Shown here: positions 27,100 through 40,500 of the stretch, one piece after another
Position numbering within the stretch: position 1 is the first letter of the stretch
How the letters are laid out: each line of letters opens with the position of its first letter
Assembly: GCA_050273025.1 (NCBI GenBank)
Contig: CP158636.1
Location: 1 to 64,000 of the forward strand
DNA: 64,000 nucleotides
Direction: 5' to 3'
DNA from: Cenococcum geophilum
Lineage: Eukaryota
The notes under the pieces: model-generated
The model's input: only the letters and a program-made list of their open reading frames with translations
What the model was told of the DNA's origin: nothing
Database searches by the model: none
Program-made: the position numbers and the translations under genes

Positions 27100-29890
27100 T
27101 TCTTTTTTCCCTTTAGGGTTATATACTTTATACGCCTTCTCTTTAAAATAGGTATAAAGGTTAGTATTTTACCTATATTTAAATCTTTTTCTACTAATAG
27201 TAAGTAATATATTAGTGGGGTTATAGGCTCTATACTATTACACCTTTATTATTATCTTTTTTAATTAGAAGTAGCTAATTTTTAAATATCTAATATATTA
27301 ATAATTAGCTGCTAAATATCTAACTAGCTACTATTAGGGCTATACCTAATAATATCTACTTCTAAAATACGAGCTTCTTTAAGATATTTTATAATACGCT
27401 AAATATCTTCTAATACACTATTAGGTATAGGTAAGATTAGTAATAATAATAGTAATACTAATATAGTAATAATACTATTAACCTATTCTCCTAGTTATAA
27501 GGTTAATAGTAATATATTATTTCTTACTCTACCTAATAATATACTTTTATTTACTCTAGCTATCTTAATTACGCGTATTTATATAGCCCTTAATACCTCT
27601 CTTTTTACAACCTAGGTAGTAAAAGTATTATCTCTTTTCTAAATAGTTATAGTATAATTAAATATACTTATATTAGATACCCAATTCTACTAGTCTTATA
27701 ACTCTTATAGCTACTACTACTCTCTTATATCTCTTATATTCTTTATTTCTATTTATAAGTTATTAACCTCCTTAATAAAGTACTAAAGTTACTCTACTAA
27801 TAGTTACCTATCTTTCTCTCTATAAGGCTATATCTAAAGTAAAAAAGCCTTAATATAGAGATAATTAAAGGTTAATATATTCTAAAAGCTTAGCCCTAGT
27901 TTATATATATACGCAAGCTACTAGTAGCATATAGTATTTATATATAAAGATAGCAGTATAGGGAAACGTCTATCTATACTACTATATAATGCTTTTACCT
28001 ATATAGTTACCTATTTATTAATAAAAGTTAGGGTAAAATAAGGTTAAGTATTATTTCTTAGCTAAGTAATTAGTTATAGAATATCTAGAGCCTAAGTAAG
28101 AGTTAGAAGTAATACTAGGTTATAATAACTATAATATTAATCTAGCGGTATATAGGTAACCTTAACTTATAGTAGTAGCTTATTCTTACTAAGGTAAGTT
28201 AAAATAGCCTTTTAATAGTATATACCATTAATTATTTTTATCTATATAGCTAGTAGCTTAGTATATTAAGATATCTCTATTTTAGTTTAGAATTTAGTTA
28301 TTATATCTTTATTAATAAAAGTAAAAGCCTAGCTAGAAGCTAATATCTAAAAAGCTATACTTTTTATATCGCTTATATTACTAGGCGTATAGCTATTAGC
28401 TAGTTAGCTATATACTATTACTTAATTAGCTAGTAGTTAATTTTAATATAACCTATAAGTAGTCTTTTAAGGTATATCTAGTTATAATTATAGCTATTTA
28501 ACCTCTAGTTTATTAACGCCTTTTATATTAAAGGCCTAATATAATAAAAATATATAACCTTTACTAGTTTAAAGGTAGCCCTATTTATTATAATTAAGAC
28601 ACTACTATAGATCTATAAAACTCTCTATAATTAGAAATTTCTAAATTACTACCTATTTAATATCTATAATATTAACACCTATACTAAAAAAGGTTATTAC
28701 TACTATAATTTTTATAGCTAAGGAGGATTTCTTAAATTCTTTATATTAAGTAGTATAATTATATTCTTAAATATATATAGTATATACCTAAACTACATTA
28801 GTTACGCAATAGGCTTTACTATTAGTATTAGTAGTATACTATTTATTAAATATAAAGGTTAAAGTCTTTATAAGAAGTACTTTTTAAAGGTATACTATTA
28901 CCTCTTAAATAGACCTACAACCGTCTATAAAGATAATTATCTTTAATATTTACTTTAGGACGGTAGTATCTAAAGTTATATATATATCTAATAAGAAGTA
29001 TAATACCTCCTATAGATCTACCTTAACTTTATAAAGTAGTAGTATATAAATTAAGATATTAGGGCAATTTATAAAAGTTTTAATAACCTTAATTTAGTAT
29101 ATATAATTACCTAAGAAGTAAAAACCGGTATTACTAAGAACTAATTACTCTACCTCTTTATTAAGCGTAGTAGAATAACTAAACTAAACTATATCCTAAT
29201 AAAGTATTATCTATAGCTCGCCTAATATTATAAACGCCAGTTAAAATGTTTCCTATTACTTTACTAGATAATACTTATTAATTATAATAAGACTAACCCT
29301 AGCCTATAGTTCTATACTCTTTAATATATTTTAAAAAGACTTTAATAAGACCTATTTAGGACTAAGGAGTACGTATATATATATACTATCCTTTATTTTT
29401 ATAATTAGCGCCTTATTTATACTTCTACTCTTAATAATAATAAAATATAAATTAAAACTATTAAGCTTTTAAATATTATCTAACTATTTATTACTAAGCT
29501 TACTTAATAGAATTAACTAAATAGTAATTTTACCTATTAAGATTAAAAAAGTATAAAAAATAAGACTTTTTTTAAAACCTATATATATAATAAGAAGTAT
29601 ATTACTAAAACTAAATATTAAATATCTTAAGGTATACACCTATTTAAAATAAGAAGTTTAAGGGCGGCCTTTTAAGTTTATATACTAGAGTATTTATTAA
29701 AGATATACTTCTAAAATAGCTATCTATAATAGAACATTTTCCTTATACTAAGCTTCCTTAATAATAAATAGTAATTTTTCTAGGTCTATTAAACTAATTA
29801 CTATAATATAACTTAGTTATAGTATTAGGCGTAAATAAACCTCTAACTAGCCTATTTTAGTCTTCTACTAACCCTTATACTATTTCTTCC
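27100..29890 (-). pseudogene. AcademH RecQ-like superfamily-2 helicase
   Basis: RIP-reverted LVARTGFGKSLIF (~29555-29600), AIDECHLV (~29265-29290), GCSATL (~29165-29185), ATTSFGMGVNI (~28670-28705), WQRLGRGGR (~28580-28610). Confidence 0.88.
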
Positions 29891-32800
29891 TATAATTATA
29901 ATTTAGTTTAGGTATTTAATTAGCTTAAAAGTTTATAGGAGTTTATAAGAGTTTATAAAAGTTTATAAAAGTTAAAAAGAATATAAATTAGCTATACTCT
30001 AATTAGTAATAGGTAGTATATATAAAGAAGCAATACTAAACACACCTTAAAATCTTATATATAAGCGATTTAATTAGCTTAGAAGTTTATAGAAGTTTAT
30101 AAAAGTTTATAAAAGGTTATAGAACTTAGCTAGTAATAAAAGTAGATATAATATAGCTATAGTATAAGTAGTAGTAGGTAGAATAATCTATAGGTAGTAT
30201 AAAAATTCTATTTAAAAATATACTTAAGGTTTTACGCGCTATATCTTATACCTTTAACTATATTATAATTAGCTTTTATATATATAGAATTAGAGCTTAT
30301 TACCTAAAGATCTAAATATATTAAATAAAGTATTAATAACCGTTAATAGGGTTTCTATAAAGCTAGTTAAAGTTAAAATACATAATTTAAAATTTTAAGT
30401 TACTACTAAAGTAAGGCCTATAAGCTTTTAAATACTCTATAAAAGATTTTATTAGGTAATAGGGGTATATAGGGGGCTAATACTAGTATACTATTCTAAT
30501 TAGTCTAGGAGTTAATAGGAGTTAAAGCACTATTATAATTGGCTTAAAAATTTATAGAAGTTTTAGAGGGTCTATATATTATCCTATATTATAAAATAAA
30601 TCTTCTATAGAGCGTCTAATTTATAAGATAACTTAATAGTAGTTATTGTCTAGAATAAAGCAATTAATGCATTATTAATAGGGATAGTTAGGGTTAGTAA
30701 AGAAACGGACTTAATCCTTATATATAAAGTTGCACTATATAGGATTAAGGCCATATATAACCTTTTCTAGTACACAAATTATGCAGCCTAGATATAGATT
30801 AGGATTAGGCTTAGCACAATTAACAGCATAGACGCGTGCATGTATAAGTATTAGATCACAATTCTATAGGTAGTTCATTTTCACAAGATTTTCAATAGCT
30901 GGTAGATAGAAATTTAGAAGGTAGAATTTGGAAAATAGAAATTAAATTAAGTTATTAAGGGAATAGAAGTTTAGCTTTAAACCTAAAAAAATAAATATTA
31001 ATATAGTATAATTATATAAGCTCTAACTAACTATTTTTTATAATTTTTATAATTTAAAATTTATATCTATTCTTCTAAGTCCATTTTACTTTAGGAAAGA
31101 ATAAATTATTTTTACTAATAAAGGATCTAACTAAGTAAGGCATATAGTTAATCATTAGTTTATAAAACAATAATATAGGTAAGAAAGGTATGGCCTATAA
31201 CTAAGGTACTAAGAACACTTCTAGAAAGCCTTTAGATAAATATCTAAGTAGTAGCTATAGTAAAATAAAAGAAAGACGAACTACATATAATATAGGTATA
31301 ATACTTAATTTTATAGATAGTTGGGTATAAGTAGTAAAGGATAAGTTAAGGAAGGAAGAGGTAGTTAGAGTAGTAATTAGGTTTAATAATATAAGATAAT
31401 ATTTAGGGAGAGATCCTTTAATAGATGTTAAATTTAAAATATGCAATAGGTAAGTTCTAATAGTAGGGAGGTAGAATATAGTTAAAATAGAAAATAGATA
31501 GAAAGTAGTGGAAATAGGTATTATAGGTAAGTTCTATAATATAGATATTTTTAGAAAGGCTTCCTAAAAAGTATATATAGTAAAGGGAACTTTAGAAAGG
31601 TTAACAGTATTACACAGCTAATAAAATTCTAGTAAGGACCTAAATATAAAGTAACTATAATATATTAATATACTCAGTGTTAATAATAGCACGTAGGCTA
31701 TTAGCATTAACGTTCCTCATTATAACAATACAGCGACCTTTAGGGATAATAGCTATGTGGTCTATAATTAGCTAACCTAAAGTGGCGTTATATAGGCTAA
31801 TATATAGCAGGTTTCTAAAGACCTTACCAGGCATATAAAGTTAAAGAAAACTACTTTACTATATACCGTCGTTAAGGGTATCTAGGCTTTACTTATATAG
31901 CGCTAGTCTAGCAAGGCCTATACTGCCCACAAGAAGCTTAAGGACGTAATCATTAACGCTTAAATAAATAAACATATATAGCCCTAAATAAGTCCTTCTA
32001 AGACGAGAACAGTAGCTAGGATACGGAAGATAGTAACGGTCGAGTATAATAGTAACAAATAGTCGTAGTCCTAGATACTGTAATATTTATAGGCTTTACT
32101 TTAGGTAATAGGCCAGATTAGTACAGCATATACTTATACATCTCTCTATACCTAGTAGTACGGCCAAATAGTTAATATCTACTTAAATAGCATTGCCGCG
32201 ATAACGCCAGAGAGCTTTTTAGAAAGCCTTCTAGAATATACCTATAAGCGTTAGTTATAAAGCAACGGATATATACTATAGATACCGATACAGTATAAAA
32301 GCATATAAGTATAATAGCTAGTTAACGCAAGCTGCTAATAACGGACAAATATTTCTTATAGTATGTTAAGTACATAAGATGAAATGGGTATCACTTGCAC
32401 AGTTATTAATTAAGGTAGAAGTCTTTATATTGCTAACTACCTCTTCTATATAGGGGGGCTAGTAGTAGTAATAACTAAAGTCTAAGTAGGGATATACGCC
32501 AGTAAATAAGTGCTAAAGCACGGATTAGTTAGTGCTTTATTAGGAGCCTTTTATAAAAGGATCTTAGCTAACGCCACTAGGAGTAAATAGGTCTATTAGT
32601 TAACTAAGCAATTTTAAGGTCCTAGAGGTATTAGCACTAAATACCAAAGTAAGAAAGTAAAAAAATAAGAAAGTAAAATAGGGAAGTGAAAAAGGAAATA
32701 TTTAAACAGTACACCGTCAAAAGGAAACACAAAAGGATGGCCATTAAAATAACGCCTAAAAGATCCAACCGGAGCAAGGAAGAAATATAAAAAGCCTTTC

Positions 32801-33245
32801 TAAAAAGCTAACTAGAGGCTATTACGGTTATCTATAAGGAGGCAATAAAACCAAAAATCCGGCGCGCTAATGCTAGCGGTTAGTATAAGAGCGAAGCTAA
32901 AAGTAGGCCAACGGGAAATCAGCGTCTAAGTAGTAAGATAGTAATACCAACCCTATTAAAGAAAGATGCTTAGTGAAAACCTAATCTAGGCAGGGATTCC
33001 AGTGGTAGAGAATATAGGAAATTATAAAGACTTATAAAAATACCAATATAGACTTATCTAGGAAGCCTTCTAATAAAAGTCTAATTAGTAATTACGGTAT
33101 TGGGCAAGTAGGACTATACGTACTCATTATTAGGGGCGGTCATTCTATTAATATTTAGGTCGACCTTGGCGCGCTTCCGTAGGTTTTTACTAGAGAATAC
33201 CGCAATAGTAGCAGAAGCAGCGGGCCCGGTGTTTTGCTACTTGGC

Positions 33246-36200
33246 CTATAATATTTTTAGTTTACTAGCTTTAGTCTTAATAATAGGCGCCTTCTTAGCT
33301 CGCACCTTAGGGCCAGCAGCCTTAATAGGTTTTTTACCTACTATACGCGAGCGTGTCTTCCATATAGCTATTACAGGCGCCACACCGGTATTAAAACCTA
33401 CATCTTCGTCGTCTTTAACCTTACTAGGCGTAGCCTTACGCTTATATCTTAATGCTCTTAGCTTACGCTTAGGACCTTTATCCTTATTATTTTCCATTTC
33501 CGATTAAACTTCTAGATCGGATTCTATAGTTAAATAGAGGTTTTCCTAGAAGGCTTTACTAAAACCTCCATATTAAACAGCCTAGCGGCTACATTAAGTT
33601 ATAAAGAACTAGATTAAAACTTCCTTAGGTTTAAGTAGGGGTTTATTTAATAGCTCTTATAGGATATTAGGATTTAATAAATACTACAGTTTCCCTTCAT
33701 TGTCTAGGTGGAAACCTTTTAGGGACGTTAAATTAAGGACGTTCTCTAGCCTAGGCGTTATGTAATCATATATATAGGTTTTAGAAACTTAATCTTTATT
33801 AATTATAGCCATTAAACCAAAAAGGGCGCGAAGGATCTAGGTATTTACCACCTTTTTATTAAACGTCCACTATACGTAGTATTTAATAACTATAACCTTA
33901 CGGGGCTGTCCTAATCGATATATACGCCCGATTGCTTACTTCTATATATTTACGCTAGGCGCCAGGTTAAATAGGTAGACATTATAGCAGCTTTACTGCA
34001 AGTTTAGACCGGCACTATTTACTATATAGCTGGCAATCAGGACCTAGCAGACGTCTAGCAAGTTAAAATTTTTAATAAAATCGGATTTCTAGCCCTAAGT
34101 AAGGTCGGAGGCTAGTACACAGGTATCGATACTAAAAGACACAAATATCTCGCGGATAATCAGCTGCTCTAGCGGGTATAGCAACCAGACAATTGCCTTT
34201 TCCTTACATTTAACAACCTAGTCAGCTATATTAGCGACTAGGGCGCTTAACCGGGATAAGTGTTACAGGACAGCCCTAATAAGCGGTAAAATATTAAACG
34301 CTAGCGGGACGTTATACAGCTATATAGCCGCGGGAAGCTCTAGGGACTTCGCTATTTATTTAAGAATAGTATAGATTATATAAGGGTTCTTTAACCAGCC
34401 CTTTTTACTCTTCTTAGGTGGATTTATAGCCAAGTAAGAGAGCGCCAGTATAGGCTAAGTAGACATTAGCACGAGCGCGCGGTAGCTATTAGCGTTTATA
34501 ACAACGCGACTATCCCCCGTGTAAGTGGTGTCCGTCACTATAAGCTTTTTAAAAAAGGCTTCCGCGAATGTGTTATAGACAGCTTAAACTATTAGTAAAT
34601 TATTAAGGTTAAGAACAATACTCTTATAGCGAGGGAGCGCCTAGCTAATTACATTTTAGGTAGAACCAATAGGACAGGACAACGTATACCGCCAATATAT
34701 AAGATATTGCGACCAAATCTACTTAAGCCTACGGCCCTACTTAACGCTATCCTCTAGGCTAAGGACAAACGCAGCAAATAATACTAAGGTTAGTCGCAGT
34801 ATAGCCACTAGGTAATCGTCCGCTACCTTAAAGGGGTCGTCGTTCTTCTTAAAGACGGCGCTATTAGGAGTTCTAATTAGGAAGTTAAGCTTCGGTTAAG
34901 GCTCAATTAGCGCCACTAAGCCAAAGTTATCCCTAATACCTATAAATAGCGGGGTGGCGCTATAAAGCACGGTAAAAGGACAATCTATAAACTTAATGGT
35001 AATATACACTAGGGAATCATTATTCCTTATATAATAAGCTTTATTAAGCAAAATGCTATACTATTAACCTAAGAAATCCCTAGGCTATTTCCTATCTAGT
35101 ATCTCAAACCAGTCAACGGGCTAATACACCAACCCCCTCACCTTAAACGTCGCCCTATAGGTTTTCTTACGCCACTTCTTAAGTGCGCTCGGGCCGTGAC
35201 GCGATACAATAGTACCGTACGTACTAATAACAACAACGCGTACATTAGCGCGATCGCTGTTAAATAGTTCGTGCTTCTATATAAGGATTTCGTTTTAACG
35301 CTAGACATCAGCAGCAGCGGATTTTTAGGTCAATAATTTATTATAGTACACCTAAATATCAAAGACGGGTGAGAATTGCTGCAGCTCTTTAATCTACTAT
35401 TTAATAAGCACAAGCGGGACAACCACCAGGAATGGCTTTACTAGACCAATTACTTTAAGCGCAGCAGCGTTACATTTTTCAGTGGCGCAGCGGAACGTCT
35501 TTTTCTACTCGTTAATTGTCTAAGAGCTAGTCAGCAAATAAGAACAATTTTAAAAAGCCTTTCGGAAAGTCTCCTTTAGTATAGGTGGTAGTAGCGACTT
35601 ATATACAACATATAGCCGGCGAGCTAAAAAGTCTTACCTAGACCGACAATATCCGCTAGCATTATTCCCCACATCTTCCCGTACTCGCGTGCGTCTATAA
35701 TAGCATTTATCCCAATAAACTACCACTAGCAGAGCGGCGTCAATAATAACTGGCGAAGGAGACGGGGTTTACATTAATCTTTAATCCGAAGGTTTCGCAT
35801 AGACTCTTTAATATTATCCCATTAGTATTTAGCGTTATTTATTAGCTTACTTAGCTTAGCCAGGTTTTCGAGATCCTTTACCATAGGCTAGCCTATACAA
35901 ACTATATCGTCGGCCCCATTAAGGTCTTCATCGTCGTTATCTTCCTTAATAGCGTTGTCCTCTACGACCTATACCCAGCCGTTTACTATGCCCAACCCAT
36001 CCATCCTTATAGCCGCGGCGTTATCAAGTCCTAACTGCATCCGCTTAGCAACGGCCATTACTTTATAATATGTCTTCGTAAGCTAGCGTATATAGGCATA
36101 TTACCAGTATTAGTATTTATAGTTTACTATTTGGCAAAACTCAGGGGGCAGCTTAAGCTTCATTAACCCACGGACGTAGTTATCGTCGTTATTACCTATA

Positions 36201-37303
36201 TTAAATGTTGCCGGACTAACGGCTATATCCTTAATTATTAATTGCGAGTCTACTATATCTAGTTCTTCTTTATTATAGTTATCATTGCTATCCGCCAGTA
36301 AGGCATCACTAAAGGCACCGCTTAGGTTTTTATCAGAAGGCTTCCTAGAAATCTTCTTCCCAGTACGCGGTCGCCTCTTACCTAAAATATTGTTTTCTAA
36401 ACCCTTAAGCTTACGCTTATTTGCTTTATACTTACGTTTTATAACCCTAGAAGGAGCATTATATATATCGGCGCGCTTAAGAATCAACTAGATACGCTAG
36501 TTAGCTATATCCTCGGTTAGGCCTTTACTAAAAAGAAATCCTCCTTTCCTAAAGTAGAAGGTTTATCTTATTTTATATAGAAAATTGGCATAGTAGTTAA
36601 TAGAGCTCTATCCGTCCTATTCTCCTAACTAGGGATTAGAGAACTTCTAGTTGCCATAACACTCTCCTATAGACAGTATATGGACAACCGTTTTTAGGTC
36701 AAATATACGGGGCTAAGGTTTCTACGTGCGTATAAACACCTTACAAGCTAGCTAAAAGACGGCTTTATTAATAGCCTTAAATATAAACATAAATGGTTCG
36801 TTCTTTATAATATAGCTTAGTTCTTAGGCGGAGAGATTGCAGAAGTTGGCTAGTTTAGGTAAGCTTCTAGCAATATTAGCGTCCTTACCCTCTTTAGTGT
36901 CTAATACTTCCACCACAGTTTCAATATCCTCTAGGTTAAAATCCTAAAGGGAGTCTGCGCTGTCCGTATCCAAATTAGCAGGGTTAGCAGCCGCCGCGTC
37001 ACCGCCTACAGTAATTGCTCTAGCAGCATCCGTTGTTAAATTATCAATGCCGCTAAGTGCCTTATTAAAATCCCACTACAGGTCTAACGGCGGCACGAAA
37101 AGAGAGCGTGCTGGTAATAGTGATAACGTTACAGTTTTGGGTGGAGGACTATTTACGGAAGGCTTCCGTAAATGTTCCTCTAGCAGTAATATACTTAACG
37201 CCATTAAGGGAGCCACCAGGCTTGCGTATTTATTCTTAGTAGTAGGTATAGCCGTATTAAAATCGCGGGGCGAGTTAACACCATCCGCTAGGTTGTTGTC
37301 CAT
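33246..37303 (-). pseudogene. SNF2-family helicase/ATPase relic
   Basis: GIMLADIVGLGKT (~35632-35670), LLDEAH (~35035-35052), SAGLNLQ and QAIGRVYRLGQP (~33905-34017); intron ~35520-35601 (RIPed GTAAGT...GCTGAC...TAG); ORF-track pieces 37076-37303, 36110-36487 and 33246-33497 appear to be remnants of this gene. Confidence 0.9.
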
Positions 37304-37542
37304 CTTAATTAACTAAGTATAATTTAACCAACTTTACGGCTTAATCTGTCCACAGTTAGTATTACACATAGCCTTAATAATAATAAAAAAGGCAAGGGTC
37401 CAGTAAAACTCATAAGAGGAAATCTAAAAAGGCTTCTAAAAAAGACCGAAGTGGCTAAAGTAGATGCGGCACAAAGCCGCCTAAACGCGTGTTAGGCTAA
37501 AAGTGTAGTATTAGCAGTACAAACGGTTGCTTAAATAATAGA

Positions 37543-37572
37543 ATCCAAAATCCAAAATCCAAAATCCAAAAT
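37543..37572. repeat. 7-bp tandem (ATCCAAA) x4
   Basis: Directly visible. Confidence 0.85.
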
Positions 37573-40500
37573 GCTAGGTTAGGAATAGCCAAATTAGTTA
37601 ACTTAAAGAATGCGAATTTAAGTTAAAAGTAGTTAAAGATTTAGAAGTTTAGGTTTATAAACCTCTTAAGATTCTAATTTAGACTAGCAAGCTTATATAA
37701 TCGCCAAGCCTTTAGCTTTTTCATTTATTTAAGTTACAAATTTCTACAAATATACCGTGTAAATTGGGCGTAGGATTGCGATATTTATATATAAATGTTA
37801 CGCTATACGCTTATAAAGTAGTTTAGCAAAAATCCCGGGGTTACGCGCTAGCCTATTCGCGTAATATGTAACGCTTAGGCCTACGCGCCTTATAGACTTT
37901 TAGGAACTTCACTTTATATACGCCTTTATTAGATAACGTCATATACCAGGACTATTTCTTAAAAGGCTTTCTAAATATTGCCTTATGCATTGCCACCTAG
38001 TAAGTACTTAGTTAAGGTTTACAAAAGCATCCATATTTTCTATAAGTTGCACTATAGCAAGGAATAGTAGAACGGATTCCTCTTAAGTATTACACCGCCT
38101 AGATCTCCTATTAGTTGCTACTTAGCTAGGCCGTAATAGCGTATATAGCTAAAGCTTATAATAGCCGAGCAATTTCCCCACACTCTAACCCCTAAAATCC
38201 TTAGACTATACAATATTAAACACCCCTAATACTAAACCCCCTAGTGCTAAACACCAGCCAAAACGTATAATTTTCAGACTTTAAGTAAACGAATTTATTG
38301 GTCGGGACTATTCTAAGTATATCAATGCCATTAAGGCATATCTCGCCTTTACAGGACGTTTAACTAATAATTCAAAATTCTGGAAACACCACGCCCACAT
38401 TAAGCCGTTTTAAGCCCCAAATATAAACCAGATCTTATTCTATATTACTATAAACATAGAAAAAAACATGCCTAACCCCCTAACTATCTAGGAGCTACTA
38501 TATAAGATATATCGCGTCCATTGTAATAAGGAGGGAAAGTTATAAGGCCAGTATTCCCTCTTCTATAAATTAGCTAACTTAGTATATAGCCAAGTAAAAC
38601 GAATTCAGAACATTATTAAGGAAAAGAATTACCTAACTTAGATACGCAAGTATAGTGATATTTTATACCCTTAGGCAAAGCAGCTATATTAAAGGTTAGA
38701 TTCGGATTTTAGACCAGTTTTAGCCTTATTTTAGAACCTATCTAAACCACTTATATTACTAGGGCAAAGTAATAGATCAATGTTATATTACGGTTAGGCC
38801 GCTAGCTAGGGGGACTTTTAGAAAGGCTTTTAAAAAACTGCCTTAATTTGCTATCTACTCTCTATATTACTATTTACCTTTGCCATCTATAATACCATTT
38901 TAGACCTTTATTAAGGTAGCAATCCCTCAGCTTAGCTAACGCCTTAATAGCTAGCCTATATTTTTTTAAAATAAGTAGTACTTCCCTACCCCTAATGCCA
39001 TGTAGTCTAGTATCATATAATACTACTAAGGTAGCGCCTTATCGGGCAGCAGTAATACAAACTATTTATATAGTGCGGCCTCAGTCCTTATAAGCACCCT
39101 ACTAAGGCTACACTATCCTTCTCAACGCCGCCTAGATCTCACTCTAATTTATTTTTTTTAAAATATATAAGCAACGTTACCATTATTACTAGGATTGTGG
39201 TCATCTCTATCCCTATTATTACATTAGATATTTAGTAGCTCTTATACGCCCTAACTAAGAAGTTTATATGCCTATAAGTGGATCATATATTAACCTTCTT
39301 ATTATACGCTCAATTAATTAAGCGTTATACTAAATTCTTCACTAAATAATAAGACTTTTAATTAGTTTATTCATTCCCACCTACACCACCTCTAAATACT
39401 TACCCTTTAATAGTGTTTAGGGGAAGTAGACACAGTATATATATTAAACCTATATCTAATATCATTAAAGATCAACTTTTATCTAACGTCTATTTGCATA
39501 TTTTACCTTAGGGTGGAAATTTTATAAGCCAACACGTGTTTTTTAGGGAAAGGGCTGTTTTAGTTATTACGAACTTCCTTATTTAGTAGTCCTACGGAGT
39601 GTTTATAAACGCCTCTATATCTTAAAAATAATTTATAAAATTATTTAAGAAAGATTTACCTAGTCCCAAAAATCATATATAAGTTCCTCTTTATCAATTA
39701 TTTTTAGGCCCTTACAAGTCTATCCAAATAAAAGGCCCTTCTCTGTATAATCCCACTAATAATACTATAGATGTCCTGGCCCGGCACCCACGTAACAGGC
39801 GCCCGCCCCCCTACACTAAGACTAATCCTTACCAATCTCTAAATCAGTTAAAGGACCCATTTACTCTTTATCTATTAGCCTATCATCCTTTTAGGCTAAC
39901 TCGTTAACAATAGGTAATAACAAATCTTGCGTAGGAGCTTCCAGCTCCCCATCTATATCCAATTTCCTACATTTAGATTTTATATTGTTCTTTTTATATT
40001 TTCCCTTTCTCTTATCAGCATTATATTCTGACTCCGCCTTATATAGACGTACCTTTAGCATAAGTCTATTATCCTCTACTTAAAATCCGTGTCAGGGTTC
40101 CATTCTAATTCCGTGTTTAACGACATTATTAGGGATTATCTACACGCCTAGGGCAGTACAAGAATCGCGAATAAGATCCAGATATTGCGATACCTTAGGA
40201 AGATTATTAGCAATATACGTAAATACTAGAAAGAGAAATTCTTAAATATCTTAAGCTGTCTCTAATATTAATTAAAAAAATAGTAGTAGTATTATAGGTC
40301 CTAAAGTATAAAAAAGCAATAATTAATATACCTCCTATATTATAATACCTTAGGAAATAAGCTTAAAAGGTAAAATAATATATAATATTTACAAAAAAAA
40401 AACCTATTTAAAAAGATTTATTACTTAGTCTATAAGTATAAAAGTAAATATACTATATTTTATATTAATTTTCTATTTTAATTTATTAGCTTATTTTATT

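Larger units (their letters stand above)
4314..30630. mobile_element. AcademH-type DNA transposon (RIP-inactivated); ~8.6 kb after removing nested LTR elements
   Basis: TIRs TATCTTATAAATCAGAC (4314-4330) and GTCTAATTTATAAGATA (30614-30630; 16/17 match, one transition). Perfect 10-bp TSD ACTTAATAGT at 4304-4313 and 30631-30640. Encodes a transposase (+) and a RecQ-like SF2 helicase (-), the architecture described for AcademH. Confidence 0.88.
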
